The notes under the pieces are model-generated. The model had not been told where the DNA came from. It did no database searches and saw nothing but the letters and a program-made list of their open reading frames with translations. Below, one piece after another: positions 12,801 to 25,500 of a DNA stretch of 64,000 bases (the first letter of the stretch is position 1; every line of letters starts with the position of its first letter). Made by a program: the position numbers and the translations under genes. The stretch is from Yuukianura sp. NJ FZ-2021 (Eukaryota), in assembly GCA_046563655.1 (NCBI GenBank), contig CM102283.1, positions 1,984,001 to 2,048,000 on the forward strand, written 5' to 3'.

Positions 12801-15800
12801 ACACCAAGANNNNNNNNNNNNNNNNNNNNNNNNNNNNNNNNNNNNNNNNNNNNNNNNNNNNNNNNNNNNNNNNNNNNNNNNNNNNNNNNNNNNNNNNNNN
12901 NNNNNNNNNTAGTGGGTGACACCAAGAAAGAGACTGACCCCACCGAGTTGCTTTTCACTTCAACTTGCTCAGACTTGAACAATTCCAATTCTAGTAAAAC
13001 CGTAAGTTCAAAATTTTTACTTTCAAAATTATTTTTAAAATGTGTTTTTTAAAACTCACTTGATTCAACTTCGTTTTCGTCTTGAACAAATGCAAACTGA
13101 TTTGCACTGTTGTCCAATGTCACTTTGGCTGTGATGTCTCTTCCTAAGTAGTTGTGTACTAGTACTTGGATACCCACAGTTTCTCCACGGACAACAGCGT
13201 ACGGAACGTTAAAAGAAATGAAAAATGGACGGAACACTTTCAGCGTCTGCGCTGATTCCAGCACTCCAAGACCAAAACTCGAGTCCAATGAGAAGCCTGA
13301 TAAAATCCAGGAAGTGATTGTGTCCGGTACGGTTCTGCGAAGTGACGCTTTTCCGTCGTATCTGCGTCAAAGAAAAACTTCAAAATTTTCCGAAAAAAAA
13401 TTATTAGATTTTTTCGGGTTGGAAGAAATACATGAAATGTGTTCAGATCAAAATAGTTTGTGAAAAGTAGAAACTTTGCACAGACTGAAATAATTTTTCA
13501 CAAACAGAAAATTTTATCGAAAGTGGAGAAATTTTTGCAAAAGTGTGGAAATTTTGCAAAATGAGAAGCATAAGTATGAGAAGCAAGTAATACCCAGTGG
13601 ATGTATTTGCAAAGATCCAAGAGGATGCTGGTACGTGCTTTGTACTACTGAAAAAAATTCTGGGAAATTTAAGTCTAGATTTAGGAATGCGAGAGAAGGC
13701 GTAGGGTCCAGCATGATGTGGTTTTGGGCGGACGTCGTAAGGAATTGGTGGTCCAATGTCTGGCCGAAGAGATGAACTGTCCGGGTCAAAGGTCAGAGGC
13801 CGAAATGGCCTTGAATTGGCCACAGAATCCTCCATAAATTCTAAAAGTTTGAAACTTAAAGTGCTTTACAAAGTTTCGAAATCGAAAAGCGTTCGAAATC
13901 TTAAAAATTAATGCAACACAGTAAACATCAGACAGACAGACACAAATTCCAGAAAGCACAAAGCCGTTTTCTTTTAATTTAAGTGTTTGAAGCTTGGAGG
14001 GAGAAAAAAGTTAGAGGTCAAAGGTCATTGAAAAAAATTTACCCCACGCTCAGGTCCTCCCACAAAAACGTTTCTGGAAAAAATTTACGCAGGCGCAGAG
14101 GCGATTCCTGCCAAGTTGGACTTGACGATGAGTCTGCCTCAGCTTCAGGATTGATTGAAGCGTCATCCAGGAAATTAGCACGGTAGTAAACTAACAATTA
14201 TAATTAATTACAATTAATTTTGGTCAAAAACTACAATTAATTGTTAACAATCAACGACTTTAGTAAGGATGCGCTGTTAACAGGATTTAGCGTTCTACGC
14301 AGCTCCCTTTTCCTCAGCACCGCAATCTTACAAATCACGTGACACACCTTTTGCCGCGAAAAGCTAAATTTTGAAGTTTTACCTGCTGGAGGTTGCTCGT
14401 GAACGACAGCATTCGTCAGGATGACGACTCCAGCGTCCTGAAAACAATTAATTAATTAGTTAAAATTTAATTAAAATTTATTTAATACTTTAATTATTAA
14501 TTCAATAATTTAATTATTTAATTGAAAGAATTCTAACTGAAAGAGTTTAGTTGAATTGTAAGTTTTTAACCCTCAGTTTTTAATTTTTTGACTTTTAGAA
14601 ATATGGGGCAAGTTGAGAATTTCTCACCTCGAAAACTTTGGCGGCAGTTGACGAACCAATGGGAGAGTAGAGGGAACGTTTGAATCTGGATTCATCGTCT
14701 TTAGCAGCGTAGTTCCACGAATTCAGTTCTGCTTCGAGTGAGGTCAAGGTCAAATCCTTTGACGCCTTCAGTAACAGCACTGATTGGTCAATTCCGGACA
14801 ACGCCACGACCGAATTCGGTTTCGAACTTAACTGAATCTCCAAGTCTTTACCCGGCTCAAGTTCTTTGGCGGATAAAGTCACATTTAAAAAGTTGTCAAT
14901 TGAGCCGCCCACATGGAACTGTGCTGAATCTGCCACCACTTCACCCTCATGCACAATGTACACAATTAGTGTGGCTTGGGGGGAGGCAAGAGGGGGCAGA
15001 CGCACTCTGAATGCTGTACGCATGACCTTTGCCCCCTGAGGGACAATCCGGGCCACGGCAAGGTCACCTCTGCCAAGCAACTGATAATTCAGAGTTTCAA
15101 ATCCCACGGTGGCTCTCACCTCAATTTCAATTTCGTCGTTAACCTTACAAAAAAATTAAAAAAAAAATTCAAAATTTCTGATGACCTTTGACATAGAGTG
15201 GTCAGACCACGCAGTGTGACAACTAGGGGTCGAAAATCCGGTGGTGTCTCGTGAAATCCGGATCTCGGATTTTTCCGGATTTCTGACGACAAAATCCGGA
15301 TTTAATCCGGATTTAAGATTTTGAAATCCGGATTTCGAATTATCCGAATCCGGCAAATATCCAGATTGCGACCCGTAGTGACACCCTTGGTAAGTCATAC
15401 CTGTGGATTTTTGGTGAGGACGACTGCTTGTAAGTAGCTGTTGCTAGGCGACAGTGCTCTTTGGATCGTCGGAAACCACTCTGTCAAGTCCTTGTACGTC
15501 GCCTCTAATCCAAACACCTTCACACTTGCATTGTTCGGCACATCAAACACCAATCCGACAAGTCCCGAACTCGGAATCGGGTAGTTTTTTACAGCATATT
15601 CTTCATGGTTATATGAAAAACCGTATCGAACTTGCAATCCGTTCGGATTCGGATCCTGCACCGGCATGTCATCTTGTGTCGAAACTTTCAAGGTCATTCG
15701 GTACGGTAATCCCGGTTTGAACGACTCTTTTCCACTGACGACTTCGATTTTGTAAGGGTATTTATGTAAAGTGATTGATTTTGAAGCATTTTGAAGTCTG

Positions 15801-17210
15801 CCGGTATAACTTTCTCGTACGGTAGCCTCTACCGTGACGACCCGAAGGTAGTCATCGGTCAATCTGCGCAATGTTCGCAACTTTAAACACTGCGCATGTG
15901 CATAAGTCGTTGCGTGATGGATTGTAATTGTAATTAAAAAGTCTTACCCCAGTTCCTTCGTAAGATCAAATGTGACATCAACCATACCGTCAATCGGCAC
16001 TGTTTTTCGACTGATACCGTTGAATACTGGTTGTATGTAGGAGGAGTGGATGGACGGATAGGCTGCCACTACAACTTCACCACGTACGGCCTTACCATAT
16101 GTGTAACTGTCATTCAAAGAGTTACACCAAAAAAAGAAATTTTGAAATGGAAATTTAAATTTTGGAAATTTTTGTGTTCAAAGGTTACTGACCTTGAGCG
16201 AATCCGGGCCACGATGGCCGAAGATGAAAAAGTGGCAAAAGGTGGAAGTTGAATTTCGACATTGAATTTAGGCAAAACGTATTCAGCGATTGTTACGGTT
16301 TGAATTTCCCGCTGTGTTTTGAAAATGACTTCGACCGACCAATCACCTAGATTCGGTTCGGAACTGATCGGAAGCGAACCGACAAATAAACCACGTGATG
16401 TGCTCACGCCTGTCCACTTTTTGATTACGTTAGAAGCACTGTCACGAATTAGAATGTCAATTGGTCCAGGGCCGTAAGGACGCAGTAATCGGTCCAAAAG
16501 CAAAACTCGGAACTGAATCGTCTCACCTTACCCCAAAAAAATTCAAAAATTTCAGTATTCAAAATTTCAAAACTTAAAACTTTATACTACTAAAAAAATT
16601 GGAATTTGAAAAAGGCTACTAATCTTTGTTGTAGTTTTTTTTTAAATTACCCGGTTTGTAAATGGGTTTGTCCGTTTGAATCAAAATGGAAGCCGTTTTT
16701 GAATTGGTTGTGAGTTGAGTTGAGTTTTGGAATCGCAGCCCATCGGTTCCTTGAACAGTTAGGTTGTAGATGGCTCCTGGGATCAAATCTCCCACCTTGG
16801 TCAGAATTTTTTGAAAAAATGAAGGAAATTCTTAGAAAGACAAATGTTTTAAACAGGTTTTTAAAGGTTTTTGAATTTACCGCCAACGTAATCATGGAAC
16901 TAGTTCCAGGTTCAATGAGTCTCTCTTCATTGGAAGTGGATGCGAGTCGTGCGTTAATTGTAGCAGTCAAATATACTAAAACTTTTACCGGCGTACGAGA
17001 ATCTACACTCACGCCTACGTTGTACCTCGAGTTCGGTCGAATTGTTTTCGGGGCAATCACGGTATATATTCTAAAAGAAATGTTTTCAATTTTGAATTTT
17101 GTTTTAATTTTAATTTTTCAAAAATCTATTTTTGCTTACCCATCGGATGATTCACCTTGTATTAAAGGTAGGAAGAAGAATAGGACAAGAATGTGTAGGT
17201 GGTGCATCAT
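9820..17210 (-). CDS. CD109: Thioester-containing protein (TEP), CD109/alpha-2-macroglobulin family, about 19 exons plus one alternative exon, probable GPI anchor
   Basis: Signal peptide [19 protein letters not shown]. Family motifs [46 protein letters not shown], thioester [10 protein letters not shown] (12420-12434) and [14 protein letters not shown]. Furin-like RFKR at 14676-14687. C-terminus has the Cys signature [14 protein letters not shown] followed by a hydrophobic tail ([16 protein letters not shown]). Orthology within the TEP family is not resolved. Confidence 0.93.
12165..12237 (+). tRNA. trnA-UGC: tRNA-Ala (anticodon TGC), intronic and antisense to the TEP gene
   Basis: 73-nt cloverleaf GGGGGTG-TA-GCTC-AGTTGGTA-GAGC-G-TACGC-TTTGCAT-GTGTA-AGGTC-CGGGG-TTCAAAC-CCCCG-CACCTCC-A. 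G3:U70 alanine identity pair. A T7 Pol III terminator follows at 12242-12248. Confidence 0.97.
12810..12909. other. 100-N assembly gap inside a TEP exon
   Basis: Run of N. The flanks overlap (GTGGG[C/T]GACACCAAGA on both sides). Confidence 0.98.
13594..13840 (-). other. TEP alternative variable-region exon B (proline-rich; phase 1 in, phase 2 out)
   Basis: CTTTTAG acceptor and GTATTA donor; encodes [13 protein letters not shown]...[40 protein letters not shown]. Confidence 0.8.
14043..14190 (-). other. TEP alternative variable-region exon A (acidic; phase 1 in, phase 2 out)
   Basis: TTGTTAG acceptor and GTAAA donor; encodes [50 protein letters not shown]. Confidence 0.85.
15224..15377. mobile_element. 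hAT-like non-autonomous element (MITE) in a TEP intron
   Basis: TIRs TAGGGGTCGAAAATCCGG / CCAGATTGCGACCCGTA; 8-bp TSD GTGACAAC / GTGACACC; internal TCCGGA(TT) repeats. Confidence 0.75.
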
Positions 17211-19033
17211 GATTTGCTACACAAATTGTTCCAATTTGCAAAAATATTGACAAATTCACATTGAGTGAATTTGTAAAAATTGTAACTACACACAAAGCTT
17301 CTCACAATTTTTGTAAAATCAGTCAAGTTTTTTCACTTTGACACGTTCACAAAGTTTTTCAAAAAAACTTACAAACTTTTACTTCATTTTCTTATTAGAA
17401 GCAAAAAAAGCCGATCACTGATGACAGATCACTAAATAAATTACACAAATTCGAAATTTTAAAACTTAAAATAATAGAAACACTTTTCAAAAATAAAAAT
17501 GATGTTCAATGTTTTTGTCAAAATGTCTATTCCTCTACCTTATTCGGTGTCTTCCGTCCTAAAACGTCTACCTTTTCCTTGTGCCTATCCTTCTGAATTT
17601 AGTAAGACACTTTTACCGTAAGAAGATCCAACAATAGGATGAGTCCCCCTTCACAGTCCGTTCTGGATCCACAACAATCCAAAAAACCCCAACAATAGAT
17701 GCAACAATCAACCTCAAATTGTCAAGCTATACAACTATACTGTACACTCCAAATATAAAAACTACATGCCAAATATACGAACACTTTTCTATTTTTTTCA
17801 AATGACTTTCAACTTGTGAGGACTCAACAATAAAAGGAAAATATTTGCACGCAATTTATAACACGAAAAAATTCACTCAAGTTTCCTAACACTGGAACAA
17901 TTTTTAGTAGAATCACAACAATTAAAAAGTTGTCCACAAAATTTGCAACGCAAAACCTTATTGTTAATCTCCACAAAATTTGCAACAATACACAAAACTT
18001 TTCACGAAATTCGCAACAATGCACAACTTTTTTTGCCAGTGAGAACTTGATGGGCGGTGCTCCGGTTGTTTTTTGATTGTTGCTATTGTTTTTTTGCAAA
18101 ATTGCTATTTTTTCACGACTGAAAGTGCTTGAATTTGCAAATACTGGTGTACGTGAGCTGAGCAATGAGCACCTCCAAAGCTCGTTAACTCCTGTGCGGA
18201 GGTGTTTGTGCGAATTTTTTGCAAAGCCCTTCCGGCTCTTTCAAAAAACACAAAATTGGCACTTTGCAGACTGATGATGAGCTTATGCTGAGTAGTTATG
18301 TCGTGGACGACTGCAGGGCGTAATTGTTGCAGACAAAAGTTGACGAAAGGTCAGAGGTCACGCTCAGTTGGTCAAACTACACAGAAATACTGTCACCTTC
18401 GTTCCGGGTGGTTACAGATGGAAGAACTTTTTGAACTTCCCACTGCCAACAATGCAATGGCTTACCTGTAATTAAGTGGAAGAGTAGCAAGGTTGAAGTG
18501 AGATTGTGATGCATTGTTTGTTCCTTAGAAAAGCCAAAGATGACGAATATGGATGATGTGATGACCGCCTGAGGCGGAGAGTGTAGGTGTACTTGCCACC
18601 TACATAACCAATTTCCAAATTCGCGCGGGCAAAAAAGTTGCAATTTTGAATGATTACGAGTTTGGCCAAACATGGACTGAAGGCCGAAATTGGACGAAGA
18701 ATGTTTGGAAAGTACGCAATCGAGTGAAGTAAATTCGCATAGCTGTTTAGCACAGTGCAAGTTTTGCAAGGTTGCACATGAAATGAAAGTTTGCGAAATG
18801 TTTTTTATTTACTTAGACTTAATTATATGGTAATGTGCAAGAGAAATTTAAAAAATTTAAACCTTTTTGTAACTTGTATTATTATACATAGATAGATTGT
18901 ATACATAGATACATTTTTTTTGTAAGCGTATTGAATATTTCATAATTTTGAACTTATAGCAAGATTCAAATATGATAGAGAATGAAGATCACTTAGGTAA
19001 GGTTTGGATGAGTAAATTTTTCAAAATGAACTT

Positions 19034-19514
19034 TCAAAATTTTCCCGCCATGAAGAATGGTGGACATCTGATTTTGAAAAGACCGCCTCTTCCTTCTTGA
19101 CAGTTGTGCAGAAAACCACTGCTCTAAATAAAATCAGACATTTTGTAACCAAGTATTTGTATAAAATATAATTGTATTAGAAATATTTAAATATTATGTA
19201 AATAATAAATAATTAATTATATTAATTTATTATTTTTGTGTACTACCTCATGTTGGTAAAATGGAGGCGGAAAAACAAATGATGGTCCTTGCCTCAACGC
19301 TAGTGGATTTGGCATCGAATTGGCTTGTGCAATTTCATCACTTATCTTCAACAAAAACTTTTTTTTAACTATGCTTTTTGAAATTTCTGAAATTTTAAAA
19401 TTTCAGTTTAGTAGTTTATACCTGTTCGTCTGGAATTGGAATTGCCACGCCTCCGTTGATCCAAATTGCCAACAGTAACAAAAAAGTGATCAAAATTGAA
19501 CCAGTTTTAAACAT
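19034..19514 (-). CDS. Small secreted peptide precursor (93 aa, 3 exons), absent from the ORF track
   Basis: Exons 19422-19514, 19247-19345 and 19034-19123, all separated by phase-0 GT-AG introns: MFKTGSILITFLLLLAIWINGGVAIPIPDEQ / ISDEIAQANSMPNPLALRQGPSFVFPPPFYQHE / SSGFLHNCQEGRGGLFKIRCPPFFMAGKF*. Confidence 0.75.
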
Positions 19515-22500
19515 TGTGAAACTGTGATTGAATTAAACTGATTAATTAGTTTCGATTTAATTCAACATCCAAAATATAATTTTTCTTTTGCTCAAATTGG
19601 AAGTTTAATGCTGTGAAGCTAAAACAGGACTGTGCCTTTAATCTACCATAGACTCTAAATAAAGTTAAGTTTTGAATATGTAATTACGGGTGACAGTAGT
19701 TAAGTCCTAATTATAATTAGCTCACTTCTCATTTTGTAGACGATCTTACGTAATCCCGAAGTGGAAAATTCTGCTCGTCGTTTACGGGGTCAAAAGGTCA
19801 CTCTGACATGTTATATTTGGTCTTGGTTCAAAACACAGTCTGAACCTTACAATTATGAATGGTGTAAAACGCAATTAAACTTTGTACTTCAATCAAAATT
19901 AAAGTTCATAGTCTTAATGTGTCTAATCAAAGCATGTTCCTTGACCTAGCTTTTTCATGACGTCAAACATTGAGGTCACCGAAACACTTACTTCACTCAA
20001 CAACTTAAACCTACTTTTGATTGGTTCATCTCAAACGTGCGCAGTCACTCGTCGTCAGTTGCAAATGCATGTCAACTACCACAAATTGCATTCCACTTTA
20101 AATATTTTTAGCATGCCTAATTTTTTTTTGTAATAATATTCCTATTTTTTTAACATATGCTTCTGTGTTTGTTAATTTTGCCCTCCATTTTTTTTAGATT
20201 TAGAATCGTTAGATTTGTGTAAACAAAGAACTCAAAACCAGACGCATTTATAAATCCAATATTTTGAATTTTGCCGCTAGATGGCGCTGGTTTAGTTTTT
20301 GCAGGCGCAAACTTCCACTTTCATTTCGTATCAAAATTTATCGAGTCAAAAGTCAAAAGAAAATTGTTGTATACATGCATAAAGTCATGGGGTTTAGGTT
20401 AGAAAGTGGAAAATCCATTAAAGTTATTGAGTGCACTTTAAATTCTAAAATTTTAACTTTCGGTTAAACCATGGTTAGTCATGCTAATATTTAACTGCTA
20501 TTTAGGTTCAACGGCTAAAACTAAAAAGTTAAAATAAAAGGAATTGAGAAATACAAAGAAAGTGGGAAGAAGACAGGTTTTGGTTTCAGAATAAGCTTAT
20601 ACATTCATGGGTTCTATGGATGATCATAGGTTTTAAGCAAAGCCCGGATTCTTCCGAAACCGATACATTCGTGCGCATTCGGGGAAATGCCGAACAGAAA
20701 AGAGGGGAAAGATGAAGGGGTTCCTAAGTATACATCTGCCTCATCCGTCTACTTTGTACACAGTCGCACAACATCCTTCGTACAGTGCAAAAGTGTTCTA
20801 CACAAAACAATTGATCAAGTGTTACCCCATACACTTAAAGAAACATCTCACTGTTCCGTCCGGGACAAGTTCCCCACTTAATTTTAATTTACAACTTAAC
20901 TTTAATTTCTAATTAGTTTAGTAATCGATTTTGCAGTTTTAGTTTTGGACTTTACGTACTTGAGGTGCACAGAAGTGCAAGTGACAAATTTCTTGTTTCT
21001 ACGCTCGTATCGATTTTCCTTTCCCTCTTTCTCTCATCGCAAAAATCAATAAACTCCGAATCACAAGAACAAACCTAAACTGTACTTGGTAAACTTAACT
21101 ATACTTACTTAATTAAATTAGTTACATAAATATGTACTATTACATAAATATGTAATATATAAATGATCAAACTTACAAGTTTTGTACCAGTAATTTGACA
21201 TTTAAAAAAAAATTTTTATTTGACAATCTTTTGAAAATTTACATTTGCAAAGATTTCATAACGTTAACTTTGATTTCGTTTCACATGATTTCCGCTGTTT
21301 TCATGCTTACATGAACATGTTTTGGTCTTATCTAATCTTGAATTGAATTTTGGTAGGAACTATTTTTTTGCAAAATGGGCTCCCGTGACTTTGTACAGGA
21401 ATTTTGGTGTCGAATTCTGGGATAAAATTTTCTTGTGGAGGTCAACAGTATTTCCAAGAGCAAAACGCATTATATGGCAGAAGAGGTAAACAAAAGCAAA
21501 TTTTTTTTTGTATAAAAATTAAGTATGAAATGGAAAAGAAAATTATGCGGAGCACAATGATTTACAATACTAAAAAGTCTATCATGGAAGTTAAAATTTA
21601 TAGGGTGCTGTTTGGAAAAAATGTTTGAAAAAAAAATTATTTTTCTAAATTCGGAGCAACTTTTTTTTTGACGTTTCACCCCGAAATCATAACACAACTT
21701 TTTGATTGGTTTGAAAAGCAAAAGTTGATATGGTTTTCGTGAAAATTGGATGAAGTTGTTACGATGATGGAGATCTGATTACCCAAAATTTGAAAAAAAA
21801 AATGAATACCGCGGTATTTTCAAAAGACTAGTAATTTTTGGTGCCTAAATTATGATGTTTCAAAGACGTACACTTCCCATACCTTCACACCATACACTTA
21901 TGCATGTATACTTTACATAGTTACTCCCTCCACCGATTAAGTGTTGAACATGGCACCCTTGTCAGCAGGAATTCTTAACAATAAGGTAGAGTTACAAAGT
22001 AGGAACCTTGAATCAGTCAAAATTGGACAACAATTTATCACATTCCACAAAAGAGAACAAAACGTTTTCAAAAAAAATTTGAAAAACGCCGCGGTGACTT
22101 TTGAGTGTCGGAATTTGGCGCCTCTCAAAGGCGCGGCACAACATTTCCAATTTCAAAAGTCACAAGAAATCGGCCCTTCTGTTCTGATTCTTGTCCATCA
22201 TCAGAACACTGTTCGATTAGGATCAAAGAAAACCCAGGCCCTTAAGGGACGCTGGCCACAAATTATGGGAGTCTTGACAAATGAAATGTATTGAAGCAAA
22301 AGTTTCCGTTTTCATGAAAACTTTTCAAAATCTTACCAAAACGTGAAAATTTTTTTGAAATAAGAGACCCCTAAGGGCCCTTGTCTTGTTTTGAGGAATT
22401 TTACATATGTCTCTTCTATTGTGAAAATTCACAACAATTGGCATTGTTGTCTCCTCGTGTTTCCGTGACTCCATTGTTGCATATTTCTTTACTTTCATTG

Positions 22501-25500
22501 TTCTCCCTTGAGGTTCGCTCAGGAAGCGAGCTCTGCCGCACATAACCGCAAAGACGTGCGGTTTTCGGTCAAACCAAAAGCCTTGTGGCCATTCATGACC
22601 ATTACCAAAAAGATCATGTGACCAACGTAACTTGAGGGAGCCCTTGGAAGTGACAAAGGGCTCCTGAAAAGTAGTCAAGATGGAGTCAGCTGGTGAGGGT
22701 ACTTGGGAGCCCTTAGAAAGACACGAACAGTCTGGAAGTGAGGTTAGTTTCAAGAATAAAGCGGAACATGTGCCAAGCGTAAGGCTGTAAGAAGGAAACA
22801 GGCAGTTTTGTAGTGGAAAATTAATGGTTTTGACTTGAGTAGCTTCTAGAGTTACCACGAACCCTTCAAAGGGTCCCCCCAAAATCAATTCAATGGAAAC
22901 CCACTTCCTTGAAGTCCCCTCTACAAAAAGCGTACTAGACGCCTAACATATGTGACCCTTTGTGACATGGCTGTTAATTGACAGATTTAAATTTATGTTC
23001 GGTTTGATTCTCAAGGGCCCCTTCAAATATTTTTGGAGATTTTGTACACTTTGTCCCAAAGATACCCCATACGTTATTGACGGATTCTTTGATTTTAATG
23101 TGTAACAAAAATATATTCTAGATTTTGTACACTATGTGCCAAACGTGTTCCATACTATTCACGTATATTTAAAGTTTGTACAGTATTAAATCAAAATATT
23201 TTTTTCAATTTTGTACAGTGTGTCCTATATTTTATAGTGATTGTGTTATTCTTTGTTATTTTTTGACTATGTACACTATGTTGCAAAAGTGGTTCACTGA
23301 GGGTTAACACACTTTTGACTTTTGTTGACAATGATTCGTAAATAATTCAGGGTTAACATACTTTTCTTGAATTTGTACACAATGTTTCAAAAGTGTTTCA
23401 CGAAAAGGAAGTGAAGATGTGACACCAAAATGTCTATTTTGGGTTGTTCTGCTTCACTTGAACCTGAAAACCAATGAAGCATGAAGGTAGAAATGACAGT
23501 TGAGTTCAAGAGGAAGCAGTTTGAGTTCAACATTTTGAAAAAGTAGAAGTGGGAAATTTTGAAAAAGGAAAAGTTCGTATTTTGGCAGAGACAAGTAAGG
23601 AAGTGGGCGTGAGTTTGAAGTTGATGAGTAATTGCTGCTCTCCACTTATGTTAGTTTCCAAGTGGCACACACTCCTTCATCCTTTCCTTAATTTCTGAGG
23701 AATCGGAGGAAGAAGGCTGGTGAATCTGTTGAAAGGATGAAGAGATCTTAAGGGGATAATAAAGTAATTAGAGGTGAGGAGACGTCGAGGTGTGAATTAG
23801 TGGTTAGTAACTAAAAAATGCTTAAGCCCTTCAACTATGAAATTTCAAAAATTCCCTCCTCTCTTTCATTTTATAAAGATTTTCTAAGCTTCGTGAAAGA
23901 TTTGTAAGGTTTCACAAAAGATTTGTAGGTTTTTGAAATTTTTTAAAAAGATTTTCAACATTGAATAAAACGAGACGCTAGCTTGGGAGATTTGAAATTT
24001 TTAGAAAATCGGAAATTTCAAAATTCTGTTCAAAAGATTTTAAAAAAAAGTTTCAAATTGGGTAATGCGGAAAAGTGAATTAAAAATCGATAAAATTGGA
24101 TTAAGTTTTTTTTTTAGTTTTTCAAAAAAAAAAAAAAAAGAAGAACTCTTGAATTTCGTTTTCAATTTTTTTTTGAAAAAGAAAATTTTTTAGATCCTTT
24201 CATTTGAAAAGTGGTTACCGCCGCCGCATATTGGAACTTAGGTTTTGAGTTTTGCTTAGATGCTGAGTTGAAATTGGGCCCCTTAAGGGCTCCCTTGGCT
24301 TTTTTTTGAAACGGGTTGTTGAATAGGTGTTTGAACAAATCCATTTCTCAATCCTCTCTTTTTAACCGGTCTCGAAAACCTAAGGGTTCTAAATAATTCT
24401 TGACAGGATGAACCTCGGAGTGTGTTAAACTTTAATTTTTTGTTTGTGCCAAGGGCCCTTCAAGGGTACCAGCTTTCTGGACTTCGGATTTTGAAATATA
24501 ATAAGATTTTGATTTATTATACAACTTTATACAAAATAGTTAATCGTGTGCCTTCATCTCACTTTCATCTTCCAGAAATCTCCAAGTGCCCAAGGACCCT
24601 TACCTCAAAAATTCTTGTTAGAAAATTCTTAGTGTTGGAGTTAAGGGTCACCTGATCCTGACCCTGATCGAACGTTTTTGATAACGAGAATGAAAATTAT
24701 CATGGCGCTTGAGAATTTATACGAATTTGGTCTCTTTTTTTTTTCAAAAATTCTTTTGAATTTGGAAATTTCGGTATCGAATTTTTTGAATTTTGGCGGG
24801 GTGACGACCCTGTGGTTTTCGGAACAGGGGGCCCTTCAAAGCTCCCTTTTCAAATTCAACCACTGTAAAGAAGGAACATGTGGGATTTTAGAAATCCATT
24901 GTTCAACGTCCAGAACGGCTCCAGGGCTCATGTTTCCTTCAATAAACGATGACATGGATTTTAAGGGCTCCTGAGTGAGCCCTTAACACACTCTTCATAC
25001 CTACCCATTTCATATATAAATTTATATTATATAGATTTATATAAACTGTACAGTAAGACTAAGAAGCTCAAGGAGCCCTGTGGAGAGGAAGTGCCCTTAA
25101 GGGCTCCTTTCAATTTCTTTTGTCACGTAAAGAACTAATAAGAGTGGAAAGGAAACCGGAGGTTCCTAATTACTAATCATTATTTTGACGTGTGTGACTA
25201 GTGATGAGGGCTTTGGGGGTGGACCCTTAAGGGCCACAGGGTCAATCCCTATTTGCACAAGTCATAAATCTTACTTCTCACACACTGTCATCAAATTTTG
25301 AAATGTCATTTTGAAATTTCAGGTTCAAAAATTTGTAATTTTGGACAAGCTGAAGTTGAACAGAAGCTGTAATTATTGTGTTTGAGTCAGAAGTTGTGTC
25401 ATTTTGTTTATAAACCATAATTTGTCTTTCTGAAATTTCATTTCAGAAGATTTGTTTTTTGAAAATTTTGAACCTAATTTGGACGTGGATGGTAATTTGG

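Noticed and set aside
16720-17250. 176-aa plus-strand ORF
   Set aside because: Antisense to TEP exons 1-3 and runs through their introns; no independent coding signal.
18465-18598. Minus-strand exon-like segment encoding MHHNLTSTLLLFHLITG with a GTAAG donor, resembling an alternative TEP signal exon
   Set aside because: It ends in phase 1 while TEP exon 2 needs phase 2, and I found no bridging exon. It may be a non-coding or unrelated exon.
22325-22888. 187-aa minus-strand ORF
   Set aside because: No recognisable motif, non-ATG start, no splice support; lies in the motif-rich non-coding stretch.
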